This document shows positions 20,152-30,412 of a stretch of DNA of 64,000 bases, piece after piece; within the stretch, counting starts at the first letter, position 1; every line of letters begins with the position of its first letter. Under the pieces are notes generated by a model. The model searched no databases. It was given only the letters and a program-made list of their open reading frames with translations, and was not told where the DNA came from. The translations under genes were made by a program, and so were the position numbers. The DNA lies in the NCBI GenBank assembly GCA_015523565.1, contig WAKA01000232.1, positions 25,274-89,273 of the forward strand. The letters run 5' to 3'. The DNA comes from Candidatus Heimdallarchaeota archaeon. Lineage in GTDB: Archaea; Asgardarchaeota; Heimdallarchaeia; Heimdallarchaeales; Kariarchaeaceae.

Positions 20152-21075
20152 ATGAGAATTCTGGTTCTCTCAGATTTGCATGGCATGGTTCCCAAGATCG
20201 GTTCCGTAATCAAAAATGAGAAACCAGAGATTATTGTGTTGTCTGGAGATATTGTACAGACATTGGACTTCCCTTCATTGGTCTATTCCTATGTCATTAA
20301 AGGTGGTTCAAGAAAAGAATATATACATTACTTGAAAACAAAATTTCTGGACCGATATACCCAGTTGCAGATTTTGAGTGCAAAATCAATTATTAGACAA
20401 CTTACAGTCCATGAAATCCCAATTCTTGCAATTCCTGGAAACGTCGAGACTCCTGGCGTTCGAGAATGGATGAAAATCCAATCCGATATAAATCCTTATT
20501 TTATTTGGTTACAAGAGAAATCATTGGTTATTGATGATATCCAATTTTTTGGTTTTGGATTTGTCACTGATTCTTCTAACAGCAAAAGAGCTCGTTCTTT
20601 TGGAGAAATTGCTCCCTTGCCAGCTTACAAGAAGCTGAATAAATTGAGTCGACAGGTAATTGATGATATGGGATCAAAAATTCTCATATCACATTCTCCT
20701 CCTTACCTGACTAAACTTGATTATGTCCCTACAAAGAAAATTCACGTGGGAAGTAAACCAATACGCTATTTTATTGAAAATGCAGAAATTGATGTGGTCA
20801 TATGCGGTCATATCCACGAATCAAGGGGTATTCATAGAGAGAAAAAATGGTGGGGAATTAATTCAGGGGCCGCCATTGAAGGATCAATTTCGTTAATAGA
20901 TACCTCAAAAACAACTGTCAAATGGATTCGGGATTTTAGGTCAAAATTTTCATTGACATCGCTTATCTATAAAGTCAGGAGTAAACTTCGATATGATGAA
21001 CCATTTAAAAACAAATTAAATTACCGTCTCTTAAAGGATCCCAGTCGCATTCCCAGTACAAAAAACAGTGGATAG
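20152..21075 (+). CDS. calcineurin-like metallophosphoesterase
   Basis: MRILVLSDLHG, GD, GNVE and a later GHIHE, matching phosphoesterase motifs I-V. Confidence 0.7.
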   Translation: MRILVLSDLHGMVPKIGSVIKNEKPEIIVLSGDIVQTLDFPSLVYSYVIKGGSRKEYIHYLKTKFLDRYTQLQILSAKSIIRQLTVHEIPILAIPGNVETPGVREWMKIQSDINPYFIWLQEKSLVIDDIQFFGFGFVTDSSNSKRARSFGEIAPLPAYKKLNKLSRQVIDDMGSKILISHSPPYLTKLDYVPTKKIHVGSKPIRYFIENAEIDVVICGHIHESRGIHREKKWWGINSGAAIEGSISLIDTSKTTVKWIRDFRSKFSLTSLIYKVRSKLRYDEPFKNKLNYRLLKDPSRIPSTKNSG

Positions 21076-21479
21076 AATATGTCTATGAGCCTTAAGGTCT
21101 CGATTTGAATGTTTTCTTGGTCATCCATCAATATTCTGATGTACAATATGACTGCCAAAGTGAAAAATAAAAACATTTCAAGAATGAAAAGATCATTGAA
21201 TAGCATCCATTTCCAACCAGCATTTGATTTTTTTATCTCGTCCTCATTCATTAAAAATGATTTGTAATCAGAAAGCCTAACTCCAAGAAATGATGCTAAT
21301 ATCCCTGCAAAAACAAAAGCCAAGACTATTTTCATTTTAAACGCAAGTTCATACTCCAACCAAAGATAATTTTTGGAAAAGTTAAGCAAAAACCATTTTG
21401 TAGGTACAAAATAGGCAATTGCAAGTGATAAAATCAAGGAAATGAAAATTGGCATAATTTGGTTTTTAAACTTGCTCAC
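21021..21479 (-). CDS. hypothetical membrane protein downstream of oxidase subunit I
   Basis: 152 aa with 4 hydrophobic segments, co-oriented with coxB-coxA. Confidence 0.4.
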   Translation of the reverse strand: MSKFKNQIMPIFISLILSLAIAYFVPTKWFLLNFSKNYLWLEYELAFKMKIVLAFVFAGILASFLGVRLSDYKSFLMNEDEIKKSNAGWKWMLFNDLFILEMFLFFTLAVILYIRILMDDQENIQIETLRLIDIFYPLFFVLGMRLGSFKRR

Positions 21480-21528
21480 ATCAAAAATTCAAATTCTTTT
21501 CTTTTTATACTTATTGAAATCCTTCTGT

Positions 21529-23022
21529 CTAACTTGCAGACGCTGTAGCTGCGGGTGCCGCTTTTGACTTTCCAAATGCCGCTGAAAATGCAACATATAC
21601 ATTGATCCAAATTCCAATGACGGCTATAATCATGAATGGAATACTGAGGTAAGTCAACAAAGTGAGGTTTTCTGGTGTTGAGGCATATGATCTTCTAATT
21701 CCTCCCCAAAGTCCTTGAATGAACCAAAAGTGTGTAAATCCTAATGCACCAATGACATATGTCCAAAGGGCTTTGGATGCAAGATTCTTATTGAAATCTC
21801 CTTCCGTGTAATCTGTGATAAGGTGATACCCCATACCAAAAATCATTGTGGACAATGCAAGTAGAGCCATAACATGGAAATGGGCTACAACCCATAATGT
21901 GTTATGGATGTGTATGTTTAGTGAAATAGTTGCATTGACCCATCCTGACATTCCTGCAAGCAACCAAAAGGCCAATGATGTAAACATGTATTGAGATGCA
22001 ACACCCCAATGAAAATCAGAAATGAAAATTGTTGCCGTAATTGAAAAAATTGAAATTAGGGAGGGGATAATGATCGCATAAGTGCCCAATTGGGACCAAA
22101 CATGGATCCAAGGTGCTTGTGCCATGTCATTGTATACATGGTGAGCTCCTATAAAGTTTTGAACAATTGTCGCTAAAGCCCATGCAAGTTTTGCATATCT
22201 CTCACCAATTAGTTTCATCCCTGCATACACTTCTGTGACATAATAAAAGAAACCGACAACTGGGAAAAGAATTAGGTAGACAACAGGATGACCAAACCAC
22301 CAGAGCATATTCTTTGCCAATAACGCATCCATGCGTGTATTTATCAATCCTATAAGTTCTAGGAATTGATAAATCAATAAAATTGCAAATGGTATGGTGG
22401 CAACAATCATCCCCAAACCAATTACTGCAAATGGAACAGCTGGCAATGGCACTCTGTTTTCCATTTCGTCAAAATCTTTCTTGAAGGATTCAAATCCTAA
22501 TGCTGCCCAGAATCCATATCCTGCTTTTCTGATTGTCAAAAGGATCTCTAGCCCATAAAGAATGATTCCGACACCTGCCAAAATAACTCCCAATGTCCAA
22601 ACAGTTGCCGCCCATGTGTCCCAATAGCCATAAAATGCAATGGGATAGAGGAACACCCAAGATCCTCCAAAATTTCCAAATAGGACACTCACAACCAATA
22701 AGACAAATCCTGTTGCAAAAAGCCAATAAATAAACTTAACAAGCTTCGGACTATGAAGTGGAGAATCAAGTGTCTTAACAAGGACATACCATGTCAATCC
22801 GATTGATGTAAAACATCCCCATCCAACAAATGCCGCCATCCCATGCAATGTCATGAGGGAATAATAGAGTTTGGGGACATTACCCAACATTCCTGTTTGG
22901 CTTATTCTTGTCAATAAACCAAGCAAAACGGCAATTGCCAAGACTAACCCGCCTGTTATGAAATACCCAAGCGAAATATCTTTAGCTTCTTCAATATGCT
23001 TTTTTTCACTCATTTCAATCAC
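21529..23022 (-). CDS. coxA: heme-copper oxidase subunit I
   Basis: 497 aa. WWFGHPVVY (CuB His plus cross-link Tyr), GAHHVYN (CuB His pair), AHFHVM (heme ligands), 12 or more TM helices. Confidence 0.85.
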   Translation of the reverse strand: MIEMSEKKHIEEAKDISLGYFITGGLVLAIAVLLGLLTRISQTGMLGNVPKLYYSLMTLHGMAAFVGWGCFTSIGLTWYVLVKTLDSPLHSPKLVKFIYWLFATGFVLLVVSVLFGNFGGSWVFLYPIAFYGYWDTWAATVWTLGVILAGVGIILYGLEILLTIRKAGYGFWAALGFESFKKDFDEMENRVPLPAVPFAVIGLGMIVATIPFAILLIYQFLELIGLINTRMDALLAKNMLWWFGHPVVYLILFPVVGFFYYVTEVYAGMKLIGERYAKLAWALATIVQNFIGAHHVYNDMAQAPWIHVWSQLGTYAIIIPSLISIFSITATIFISDFHWGVASQYMFTSLAFWLLAGMSGWVNATISLNIHIHNTLWVVAHFHVMALLALSTMIFGMGYHLITDYTEGDFNKNLASKALWTYVIGALGFTHFWFIQGLWGGIRRSYASTPENLTLLTYLSIPFMIIAVIGIWINVYVAFSAAFGKSKAAPAATASAS

Positions 23023-23763
23023 CTATACTACTTGAATATATGACACCATCACTTGGTGACCTGCTCCACAATATTCCATGCATAAAACCTTGTAGATGCC
23101 TGGTTTTTCAAATTGAAAATAATAGTAGTTGTCATAACCTGGTACAATTTGATTTTGACCTAACAACACGCCATCTGGAGAATATAATCCAAATCCATGA
23201 GTGGTGTCTGTTGTCTTCATGGAAAATAAATACATTACATTTGTCTTGAGAACAACTTCTGGATTATCTTTTGAAAATGATTGGACATAGGTTCCATTGT
23301 TGTTCACATCAAATTCAAAATAAAATTGATGCGCTAATATGTTTACCTGTTTATCAAATGGTTGGTCATTAGTGTGGTTATGGAACTGTTCCACTTCATC
23401 TCCTCCAATATATGGGATTGCAAAGGAGAGTATCAGGAGAAGTACCAATAGTGCTGCAACCAATTGAAAGTATTTCGGTTCAAATGCCTCAATCTTTTTC
23501 TTTGTGTCTTCGCTGGCTGGTTGCGTTGCTTTCATTGACAACCTAATGTAGAATATCGCCCAAAATGAAAGCCATAAGAATTCCAAGCCAATGAGGAATA
23601 GTCTTACAATTGTAAATGTGCTTTCATCCAAATTCGCGGCAATTGCATTTTGGCTTCCTGGACTTATCTTGGTAGATCCTGTAAACAGGAATCTTAATAG
23701 CAAGATAACCCCCACTCCTCCAAACGCAATCAGAAACATTTTCACTTGCTTTAAAAATGACAT
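23023..23763 (-). CDS. coxB: heme-copper oxidase subunit II (CuA cupredoxin)
   Basis: 246 aa with N-terminal TM helices. CuA motif H...CMEYCGAGHQVM. Its stop abuts the subunit I start. GAGGTGA lies before the ATG. Confidence 0.8.
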   Translation of the reverse strand: MSFLKQVKMFLIAFGGVGVILLLRFLFTGSTKISPGSQNAIAANLDESTFTIVRLFLIGLEFLWLSFWAIFYIRLSMKATQPASEDTKKKIEAFEPKYFQLVAALLVLLLILSFAIPYIGGDEVEQFHNHTNDQPFDKQVNILAHQFYFEFDVNNNGTYVQSFSKDNPEVVLKTNVMYLFSMKTTDTTHGFGLYSPDGVLLGQNQIVPGYDNYYYFQFEKPGIYKVLCMEYCGAGHQVMVSYIQVV

Positions 23764-23804
23764 GATTTCACCTCAAAGTGGTTATCGAATATTCAATATT
23801 GCGT

Positions 23805-23812
23805 TTATAAAC
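23805..23812 (-). promoter_or_regulatory. candidate TATA box (TTTATAAA) ~42 nt upstream of coxB ATG
   Basis: Palindromic TTTATAAA in the 200-bp AT-rich spacer. The spacing would give a short leader containing the GAGGTGA SD. Confidence 0.3.
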
Positions 23813-23972
23813 AAATTGCTATCCTTTTGTAATGCATAATCAAATAATTTATGATTCTGTCCAATTTTCAATAAAAATAGCAATTTGCCTTAATGTTGTG
23901 TGAATCAAAAACACGAAACTATTTTATCAATCAAAATATTGTTCAAATGCAATCTTTACTATATTAAAATTA

Positions 23973-24365
23973 TCATGTTACTATTAATGTTCCCCAATGA
24001 TCTGAATGACCAACTCCACAGAATATGTCACAATAGAAAATAAAGCTCCCTCGCTTGTCTGCAACAAAAGAGACTTTGGTTTCCTCCCCATTTTGAATTT
24101 GTACATCATGGATATTGTATTCATCAATATGAAACCCATGGATAACATCCTCTGATGTCAAAATGAATGTTACCTTTGCCCCATAGGGGACTGTCACGTT
24201 CTGGGGTTCATATTCAAATTGTCTTGCAACCATTCTTATGACAATTTCATTTTGATTTAGTTTCTTTGGCTGATTTTGAGCATAATATCCAATATAAAAA
24301 ATAGAGCCAAGAAATATTACTCCAAAAATTGAAATCATTATTGCCGATTTTGAATTGACTTGCAT
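23973..24365 (-). CDS. cupredoxin-domain protein (CoxII-like, atypical ligand set)
   Basis: 130 aa. N-terminal TM, then HGFH and C-terminal YCDIFCGVGHSDHWG (C-x3-C-x3-H with a trailing His where CuA has Met). Confidence 0.55.
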   Translation of the reverse strand: MQVNSKSAIMISIFGVIFLGSIFYIGYYAQNQPKKLNQNEIVIRMVARQFEYEPQNVTVPYGAKVTFILTSEDVIHGFHIDEYNIHDVQIQNGEETKVSFVADKRGSFIFYCDIFCGVGHSDHWGTLIVT

Positions 24366-24373
24366 GTTATCCC

Positions 24374-25222
24374 TCAGATTTCATGAAGAACTGTAAATAG
24401 GTAGAATATTAAGAGTCCTATTGTGGTAGTTTCATTAATTGTTTTCAAATGGTTCTTCGATTCAAAAGAAGAAAACAGATGGATTAGGACATATACTATT
24501 GAAATCATTGTTACCGTATAGAAGTAAACAATGTATCCTCCAAATAAATTGATGTTATAATATCCTGCAGGTACTCCAAATAAAATCGGAATCCCTGCAA
24601 CCAATCCATAAACAAACCCCTGACTTTCATTTTTTTCTTCCCAGTTAATTAAAATGCCTCCCAAATATCCCTCAACAAGTTTATGAAATACAAAACTCAA
24701 TCCTGGCAAAAATCTTATGACATCTGGTTCTGGCAACAGAAAATTTGATCCCATTATTATTCCTTCAGCAATGCTGTGAATTCCAACCCCAAATATCCAT
24801 ATCCAATGGATTGGAATTCTTTTTCCATCATTGGTCCTAACAAGAAGAAGTAATCCTCCAAAAAAGATTATTGGCAATAAAACCCTTTTTGCAATATCTG
24901 TAGAATTTAATCCTATAAAACTTGAAAGAGAACCAAAATCATAAAACAGAAATAAAAGAAATCCTGTTCCTATTCCCTTCAATACAATATCTGGATTATC
25001 GCCCAATAATTTCCTGAAAACTCCTTTTTTGACTATGAAATAGGGGATAATAAAACCAAACATTATGGGTAATACACCCGTTGCAACAGCTGTAACCATT
25101 GCAAACCAGATGGGAAATGAAGGTTCTGATGGCGTTTCATGCGGAATATCTCCATGACCTAAAACTGGTACAACTGCTAACAATGCAATTGACAGAAATA
25201 AACAAGTTATTTCTTTTTTCAT
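24374..25222 (-). CDS. ZIP-family-like metal cation permease
   Basis: 282 aa with a signal peptide and His-rich HGDIPHE. The TM motifs GIHSIAEG and FHKLVEG resemble the ZIP H-x3-(D/E)-G metal-binding helices. Confidence 0.4.
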   Translation of the reverse strand: MKKEITCLFLSIALLAVVPVLGHGDIPHETPSEPSFPIWFAMVTAVATGVLPIMFGFIIPYFIVKKGVFRKLLGDNPDIVLKGIGTGFLLFLFYDFGSLSSFIGLNSTDIAKRVLLPIIFFGGLLLLVRTNDGKRIPIHWIWIFGVGIHSIAEGIIMGSNFLLPEPDVIRFLPGLSFVFHKLVEGYLGGILINWEEKNESQGFVYGLVAGIPILFGVPAGYYNINLFGGYIVYFYTVTMISIVYVLIHLFSSFESKNHLKTINETTTIGLLIFYLFTVLHEI

Positions 25223-25323
25223 GTTTCACCTTTTCAAACAAAAAATATGAACATTACATATCAAAATGATATTAAATTGGTGCAGTCAATAACATTTTAA
25301 TTTTTGAGTTCTTAACAAACTCA

Positions 25324-26868
25324 ATGAATAAGTCAATTCTTTTGTTGCTCCTGATTTGTGTCTCTCTTGTTCCAAGTATCCATGCAAAGCCTATTCATTC
25401 ACAAAAGAATTTACAGCTTGAAAGCGATCAATATAGGCCAAATATTATCAAAGAAATAATTGGCAATATTACTTCTTTCCAAGTTAATTTTTCGTCAAAT
25501 AGTGTCATTGACAATTATGACCTTCCCACAAATGAAACTGTTTTTGATGTTCTTCCAATAAATGCAACTCATGTATGGTTTACAATTTTAGACAAGAACT
25601 CACTTTTTCTTCTCGATACCGCGAAAAAAGTTGTTTGGCAATATTCTTTCTCTAACAAGGTTTATCCTTTTAAAATTAAAAATGACAGTGATGGAAATAT
25701 TTGGTTTACAGACTATGTATATTCTTTTCAGGACGAAAATACAAGCTTATGCATATTTTCTCCAACTAATCTTACTCTCACGATTTTTGAAATCAAGGAG
25801 AAGAATGTTGCTCCATTTGACTTATACGTATCACCGACAAAAATATGGTACAGTCAATGGCTTGGAAATAAGATTGCCTATTTGGATTTGTTTTCCAAGA
25901 ATTTTACTGAAATAGATATTTCATGTCAAGAAACTTGTGGACCATTGGGCATAGTCGAAAACAATGATGGATCTATCTGGTTTGTAGAATCTTATACTGA
26001 CAATATCGTAAAATATGACCCACAGAGCAAATTGATTGTTAAATATCCCTTGGGTGAGGATTTTGTTGCTCCTGTTGGATTGGCAGTCGATTCAAATGGA
26101 AACTTTTGGACTGGTGCACATGGTGGAGATGCCATTGTGGAATTCTTCCCGCAAAATTCGAGTGCAAAAGGATATTATGTTCCCAAACCTCGGGAAGAAA
26201 TAAAAATACGCCTTGCTGGAATAAACGACCTGCATTTTGATACAAAAGGGAATCTTTGGGCAATTGAGCATTTCAAGGATTCTGTTGCTTATCTAGACAT
26301 GAATTCTGGAACTATCATGGAATACATTACTGATGGAATCGAACCAAATATACAGTTTGGAAAGCCTTGGCTTGATGATTTCTGGTTTGCACAATATAAT
26401 TATGGACGTCTTTCCCATATCAAAAATGAATCCAAATTTATTTTTAAAGTTGAAGTCCCACAATACGTATTTGAAATTGCTAAGGCTTCTTCTTTAAATA
26501 TAAATTTCAAGGTTACATATGTTTCTGGACCATTAGATAAACTCAATCTTGAACCATTCGGAGCAGTTGTAAAAAGCGAACGATTCTCATATAAGGCAGG
26601 TCACTCCAATACAATAAAAATTGGTGAAACTGTCGAATTCAACATAAAAGTTACAGTAGACAATAATGCAAAAGTCCAAGAATATCAATACTTAATTGGT
26701 GTACAAAATCAATTGGTAAGGGCATTCCATACGATAAAATTCATTGTACATGAAAACTTCTTCCAAGCTGTTTTTTTGGATACCATTGTTGGTTATATTG
26801 CCTTTTTCATCTATGTTGCATACAAGCGAAAGATATGGCATAAATTTATGAGATTTGACTCCAATTGA
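25324..26868 (+). CDS. secreted beta-propeller repeat protein (Vgb/streptogramin-lyase-like repeats) with C-terminal TM anchor
   Basis: Signal peptide. Repeated G-N-(I/F/L)-W-(F/T/A) motifs (GNIWFTD, GSIWFVE, GNFWTGA, GNLWAIE). C-terminal hydrophobic helix plus KRK. Confidence 0.55.
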   Translation: MNKSILLLLLICVSLVPSIHAKPIHSQKNLQLESDQYRPNIIKEIIGNITSFQVNFSSNSVIDNYDLPTNETVFDVLPINATHVWFTILDKNSLFLLDTAKKVVWQYSFSNKVYPFKIKNDSDGNIWFTDYVYSFQDENTSLCIFSPTNLTLTIFEIKEKNVAPFDLYVSPTKIWYSQWLGNKIAYLDLFSKNFTEIDISCQETCGPLGIVENNDGSIWFVESYTDNIVKYDPQSKLIVKYPLGEDFVAPVGLAVDSNGNFWTGAHGGDAIVEFFPQNSSAKGYYVPKPREEIKIRLAGINDLHFDTKGNLWAIEHFKDSVAYLDMNSGTIMEYITDGIEPNIQFGKPWLDDFWFAQYNYGRLSHIKNESKFIFKVEVPQYVFEIAKASSLNINFKVTYVSGPLDKLNLEPFGAVVKSERFSYKAGHSNTIKIGETVEFNIKVTVDNNAKVQEYQYLIGVQNQLVRAFHTIKFIVHENFFQAVFLDTIVGYIAFFIYVAYKRKIWHKFMRFDSN

Positions 26869-27583
26869 AAAACTTGGAATCCCTCAAACCACGGAAAAAC
26901 TTAATTCTGAACTTTTCTCGCAAGTCTGTTGCATTTTCTTCTCTTCTAAGTTCAATTGTACCATCTATTACTGATTCAATTTTTGCTAACAGTGATTCAT
27001 TGATGACTCCATGATCCAATACCAACAAACAGCTTTGATTACGTGATGAGACTCTTGCAGAAAGAGTTTGCAAAAAATCTATCAGTGCCCTTTCAGGTGA
27101 ATATATTGCCAATAAGCTGAACGGGTTGATCACGATCCTCATGTCTTCAAATTGCTTGGAAATTCTGTTCAAATGAATCGACAGTTCTGTCAAATCTGAT
27201 ACTGTGTCCAAAAAATATGTCCCAGGTGCCCTGTCCTCTGGAATACCGCTTCTGTAAGAATAAAGATCTATTATTTGGAGTCTCTCATTTAAAATTGCCT
27301 CATTTACCGTCATTGTTGCATCATTGGATACACTGCTCAATTCTTCAATCACTTGGCTTGCACCTTTATTCAATGTTACAACACAAGCCACTCCTCCATT
27401 TTCCATGATTTTGAGCAAAAAATCATCAATCAGGTATCTTCTTGTAAATGTTATGTCGGAATACAAAGAAATCGTTTTTCCTTTCATGTTTGGGAAAATG
27501 TAGTCCATAGAAAATTCTTCTGCCACATAAGACAATCTGATAAATGGAAATTTAAGTAATTTCAAATATTTTGGAATAATCAT
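26846..27583 (-). CDS. RecA-superfamily / KaiC-like domain protein with degenerate P-loop
   Basis: 245 aa. NMKGKTISLY sits in place of the Walker A motif. The C-terminal layout resembles the KaiC/FlaH-like fold. Confidence 0.3.
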   Translation of the reverse strand: MIIPKYLKLLKFPFIRLSYVAEEFSMDYIFPNMKGKTISLYSDITFTRRYLIDDFLLKIMENGGVACVVTLNKGASQVIEELSSVSNDATMTVNEAILNERLQIIDLYSYRSGIPEDRAPGTYFLDTVSDLTELSIHLNRISKQFEDMRIVINPFSLLAIYSPERALIDFLQTLSARVSSRNQSCLLVLDHGVINESLLAKIESVIDGTIELRREENATDLREKFRIKFFRGLRDSKFFNWSQIS

Positions 27584-27639
27584 CTAAATTAAAAGAAACC
27601 TTTTCCCATTCAAGGCATTAAGCAAGGATTGAAAATACC

Positions 27640-28476
27640 TTGAAATATTATCATAACATGGCCAATCCTTTTGATACATTTCTTACCATTCTTGTTGCAA
27701 TGCTACCATTTCTTTTTTTTGTGGCATTTTTAGTGGTAAATCTCTATGTTGGCAAGAAATATACCAGTAAAAGACGTGAACTTGTCATTGAGCATATGGA
27801 CAAAATCTTGCCTCATTATTCCAAAGAATATAATGCAGTCGACCTAAAGCCAGAAGTGATTGAATTTAGATGTGTGCCCTCACGAAAAGGGATTGGTGTT
27901 CAAACCCTTAATTACACAATGATCAACCAAACTTTTGGAACAAACGTTCTGTTGAACAAACTGATAAAAGGAAAGGAAAAGCTCTTCATTGGTGTTAAGT
28001 TCAGGGAGGGAAACATGAATATTGATCCCGCCTACCGATTTTATTTTGTTCCATATCGCAATAAAGGACTTATCCGTCGAAATTTCGATACATATGTACA
28101 AATGGATGATGTGCCTACTGAACGACCTGACGTCGATAAGCTATACATGATAAAAGCAAACAGACCAATTGAAATCAAGCATTTTGTCACTAACAAGGAT
28201 TTTTTGGCAAAAGCAAAATCATTGGAGCCATACTTGGACTTGTTGTCAATTCAACCCGCCAAAGAAAAAACCGATCCCCATTTGCAAATGACATTTTCAT
28301 TCAAACAGGATGAACTTGATATGCTTCCAAAATTCCTTGATTTCTTCTTCCTTGTTGCAAAACTTCATCATGAAAACAATGATACTATCAAAAAGCTGTC
28401 CTCATCCAAAAAGGTAAGGCAAGTCTCATCAAAAACCAAATCTGCCAAACGGAAAGGAAAATCAAAGAAAAATTAA
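27640..28476 (+). CDS. hypothetical N-terminally membrane-anchored protein with Lys-rich tail
   Basis: 278 aa with one N-terminal TM helix and a C-terminal KKLSSSKKVRQVSSKTKSAKRKGKSKKN. Confidence 0.45.
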   Translation: MKYYHNMANPFDTFLTILVAMLPFLFFVAFLVVNLYVGKKYTSKRRELVIEHMDKILPHYSKEYNAVDLKPEVIEFRCVPSRKGIGVQTLNYTMINQTFGTNVLLNKLIKGKEKLFIGVKFREGNMNIDPAYRFYFVPYRNKGLIRRNFDTYVQMDDVPTERPDVDKLYMIKANRPIEIKHFVTNKDFLAKAKSLEPYLDLLSIQPAKEKTDPHLQMTFSFKQDELDMLPKFLDFFFLVAKLHHENNDTIKKLSSSKKVRQVSSKTKSAKRKGKSKKN

Positions 28477-30152
28477 GTATGGTAAACTAATTCCACCCTT
28501 CTCTCTTCTAATTTCTTGATGCGTCTGGCTATCTCAGGGATAATGTCTGATGCGATTAGCCCATTTCCGAATTCTTTAGCAACTTCCTCTCCACATAGCC
28601 CCATCACGTAACATCCTAAGGCCGCTGCCATTAAGGGGTCTTTAATTACTGTCGTGAATGCACCAATGGTTCCAGCAAGAACATCTCCAGTTCCTCCCAC
28701 CGTCATCCCCGGATGTCCTGTCATATTGTAAATTATCCTATGTCCATCCGTGATTATGTCTGTAGAACCCTTCAATACAAAAATAACCTCAAGGTCTCTT
28801 GCCTTTTCCATTAAAAACTGGATTAGTTCCTCTTTCTCACTTGGAATCTCTTCATGCAACATATGTCTAAGTTCAGCCCTATGGGGTGTCATGATTGCTT
28901 TTGTACCATTTAAGAGATTCAAATTGCCCCTGAAGGCTCTAATGGCATCTGCATCAAGTATCAATTGAATTGGTTCTTCCTTCATGTTCTTTATGAATTC
29001 CCTTACAAATTTGTATACTGGCTCCTTATTTGAAAGCCCCATTCCCATTACAACGGAATCGTGCCTTTTAATGGCCAATTCCTTGAGAATCTTGATGTTT
29101 TTTGGAGAATGGCTCTGTGTTCTTACCTTAAATAAAAGTAAATCTTTTGTTTGGGATGCTAATATATCCCTTATCTTTTCAGGAATCACTATTCTGACAG
29201 TATCAATCCCAACCCGAAGTGCTGCATTTCCACTTAAGAGAGGAGCGCCAGTATATTCGTCAGATCCGCCAATCACTAAAAGGCGCCCATTCATCCCTTT
29301 GTGGCTCTCTGGATCACGTTTCGGCCAATGAGATAAAAATAATCCTGTGTTTGTAAAATATAGGTTTTCTTGAGGAATCCCAATGTCCAAAACTTCAGCC
29401 TCAATATTTGCTTTGACATGACCATGTTTCAGATATTGGAATGTATATGTGTAATTTGGTTGCAATGTTGGACCGTGCCACTCTCCTGTATTTGCATCAA
29501 GTCCTGAAGGAAAATCCAAAGCACAAAGAATCTTTTCTTGATTCTCTCTGAGAATTTCAGCCAATTTCTCCAAATATGAAAAAAATGGCTCTCTCACTTT
29601 TGATTTGAGGTTTAGTCCAAAAATTGCATCAAGAATGACTTCTGCTTCCATTAGAATATCAACAAACTCGTCTTGATCAATTTGTGTCCACATTTCTTTC
29701 ATTGGCAAATTTTCAGGAGTTCCCAACACCATCAGTCTGCTATAGACATTCTCCCCTACATTCCATAATGTTTGTTTTTTTGCTTCAGAAAGTTCTTTCC
29801 AATGGTCTATCATTCTTTGCATAACTTCTTTTGCCTCATTGCTCTTCATGCCCCTTGGATCCAGTAAAATCAGGCAAATGTCATGAGTTTGCATAAGCAA
29901 GTCAAATACTACTATTCCATCTCCTCCATTATTGCCGCCAGAGATCAAAACCACTGAACGCTTGTTTTCAGCAACAATTGAAAAATGATCTGCAACAGCT
30001 CTTCCTGCACGTTCCATTAATTCTAATGGAGTGATGCCTTTCAGATATTCCATGTACTCTATCCCTTGCATCTCTTCCCGTGAAATCGATTTTCGGGTCG
30101 GAAAGGGAAAGTCGAATTTGCTTTCCAACATAAGACAATCTAAATATGTCAT
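28473..30152 (-). CDS. nnr: bifunctional NAD(P)H-hydrate repair enzyme Nnr (YjeF-N epimerase + ADP-dependent dehydratase)
   Basis: 559 aa. N-domain LISGGNNGGDG. C-domain GGSDEYTGAPLLSGNAALRVG and GTGDVLAG. Confidence 0.8.
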   Translation of the reverse strand: MTYLDCLMLESKFDFPFPTRKSISREEMQGIEYMEYLKGITPLELMERAGRAVADHFSIVAENKRSVVLISGGNNGGDGIVVFDLLMQTHDICLILLDPRGMKSNEAKEVMQRMIDHWKELSEAKKQTLWNVGENVYSRLMVLGTPENLPMKEMWTQIDQDEFVDILMEAEVILDAIFGLNLKSKVREPFFSYLEKLAEILRENQEKILCALDFPSGLDANTGEWHGPTLQPNYTYTFQYLKHGHVKANIEAEVLDIGIPQENLYFTNTGLFLSHWPKRDPESHKGMNGRLLVIGGSDEYTGAPLLSGNAALRVGIDTVRIVIPEKIRDILASQTKDLLLFKVRTQSHSPKNIKILKELAIKRHDSVVMGMGLSNKEPVYKFVREFIKNMKEEPIQLILDADAIRAFRGNLNLLNGTKAIMTPHRAELRHMLHEEIPSEKEELIQFLMEKARDLEVIFVLKGSTDIITDGHRIIYNMTGHPGMTVGGTGDVLAGTIGAFTTVIKDPLMAAALGCYVMGLCGEEVAKEFGNGLIASDIIPEIARRIKKLEERRVELVYHT

Positions 30153-30412
30153 TCTCTAATTTATTATATTCGTTATAAATCCGCCTTTTTCGGATAACCG
30201 ATCAAATTATTGTCCCATCCTTGAAGATGTTTCCACTTTTTGTTCCATCTTATTTTTATAGGATTATGTACATATATATTCTGTAGAAATATCCAATAAG
30301 ATTAGGACGTGCTAAAATGGACAATGAACTGTTGATCACCACTTATGAGGCACAAACCATGGATATTTCTCTATTTTTCTAAGACCCCATCAATTGATGG
30401 AGAGGAGATGCT

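Noticed and set aside
30153-30412. Possible C/D-box sRNA in the 260-bp spacer (UGAUGG-like and CUGA-like words)
   Set aside because: Boxes are imperfect and not at the canonical spacing. Without a guide-complementarity target I cannot support it.
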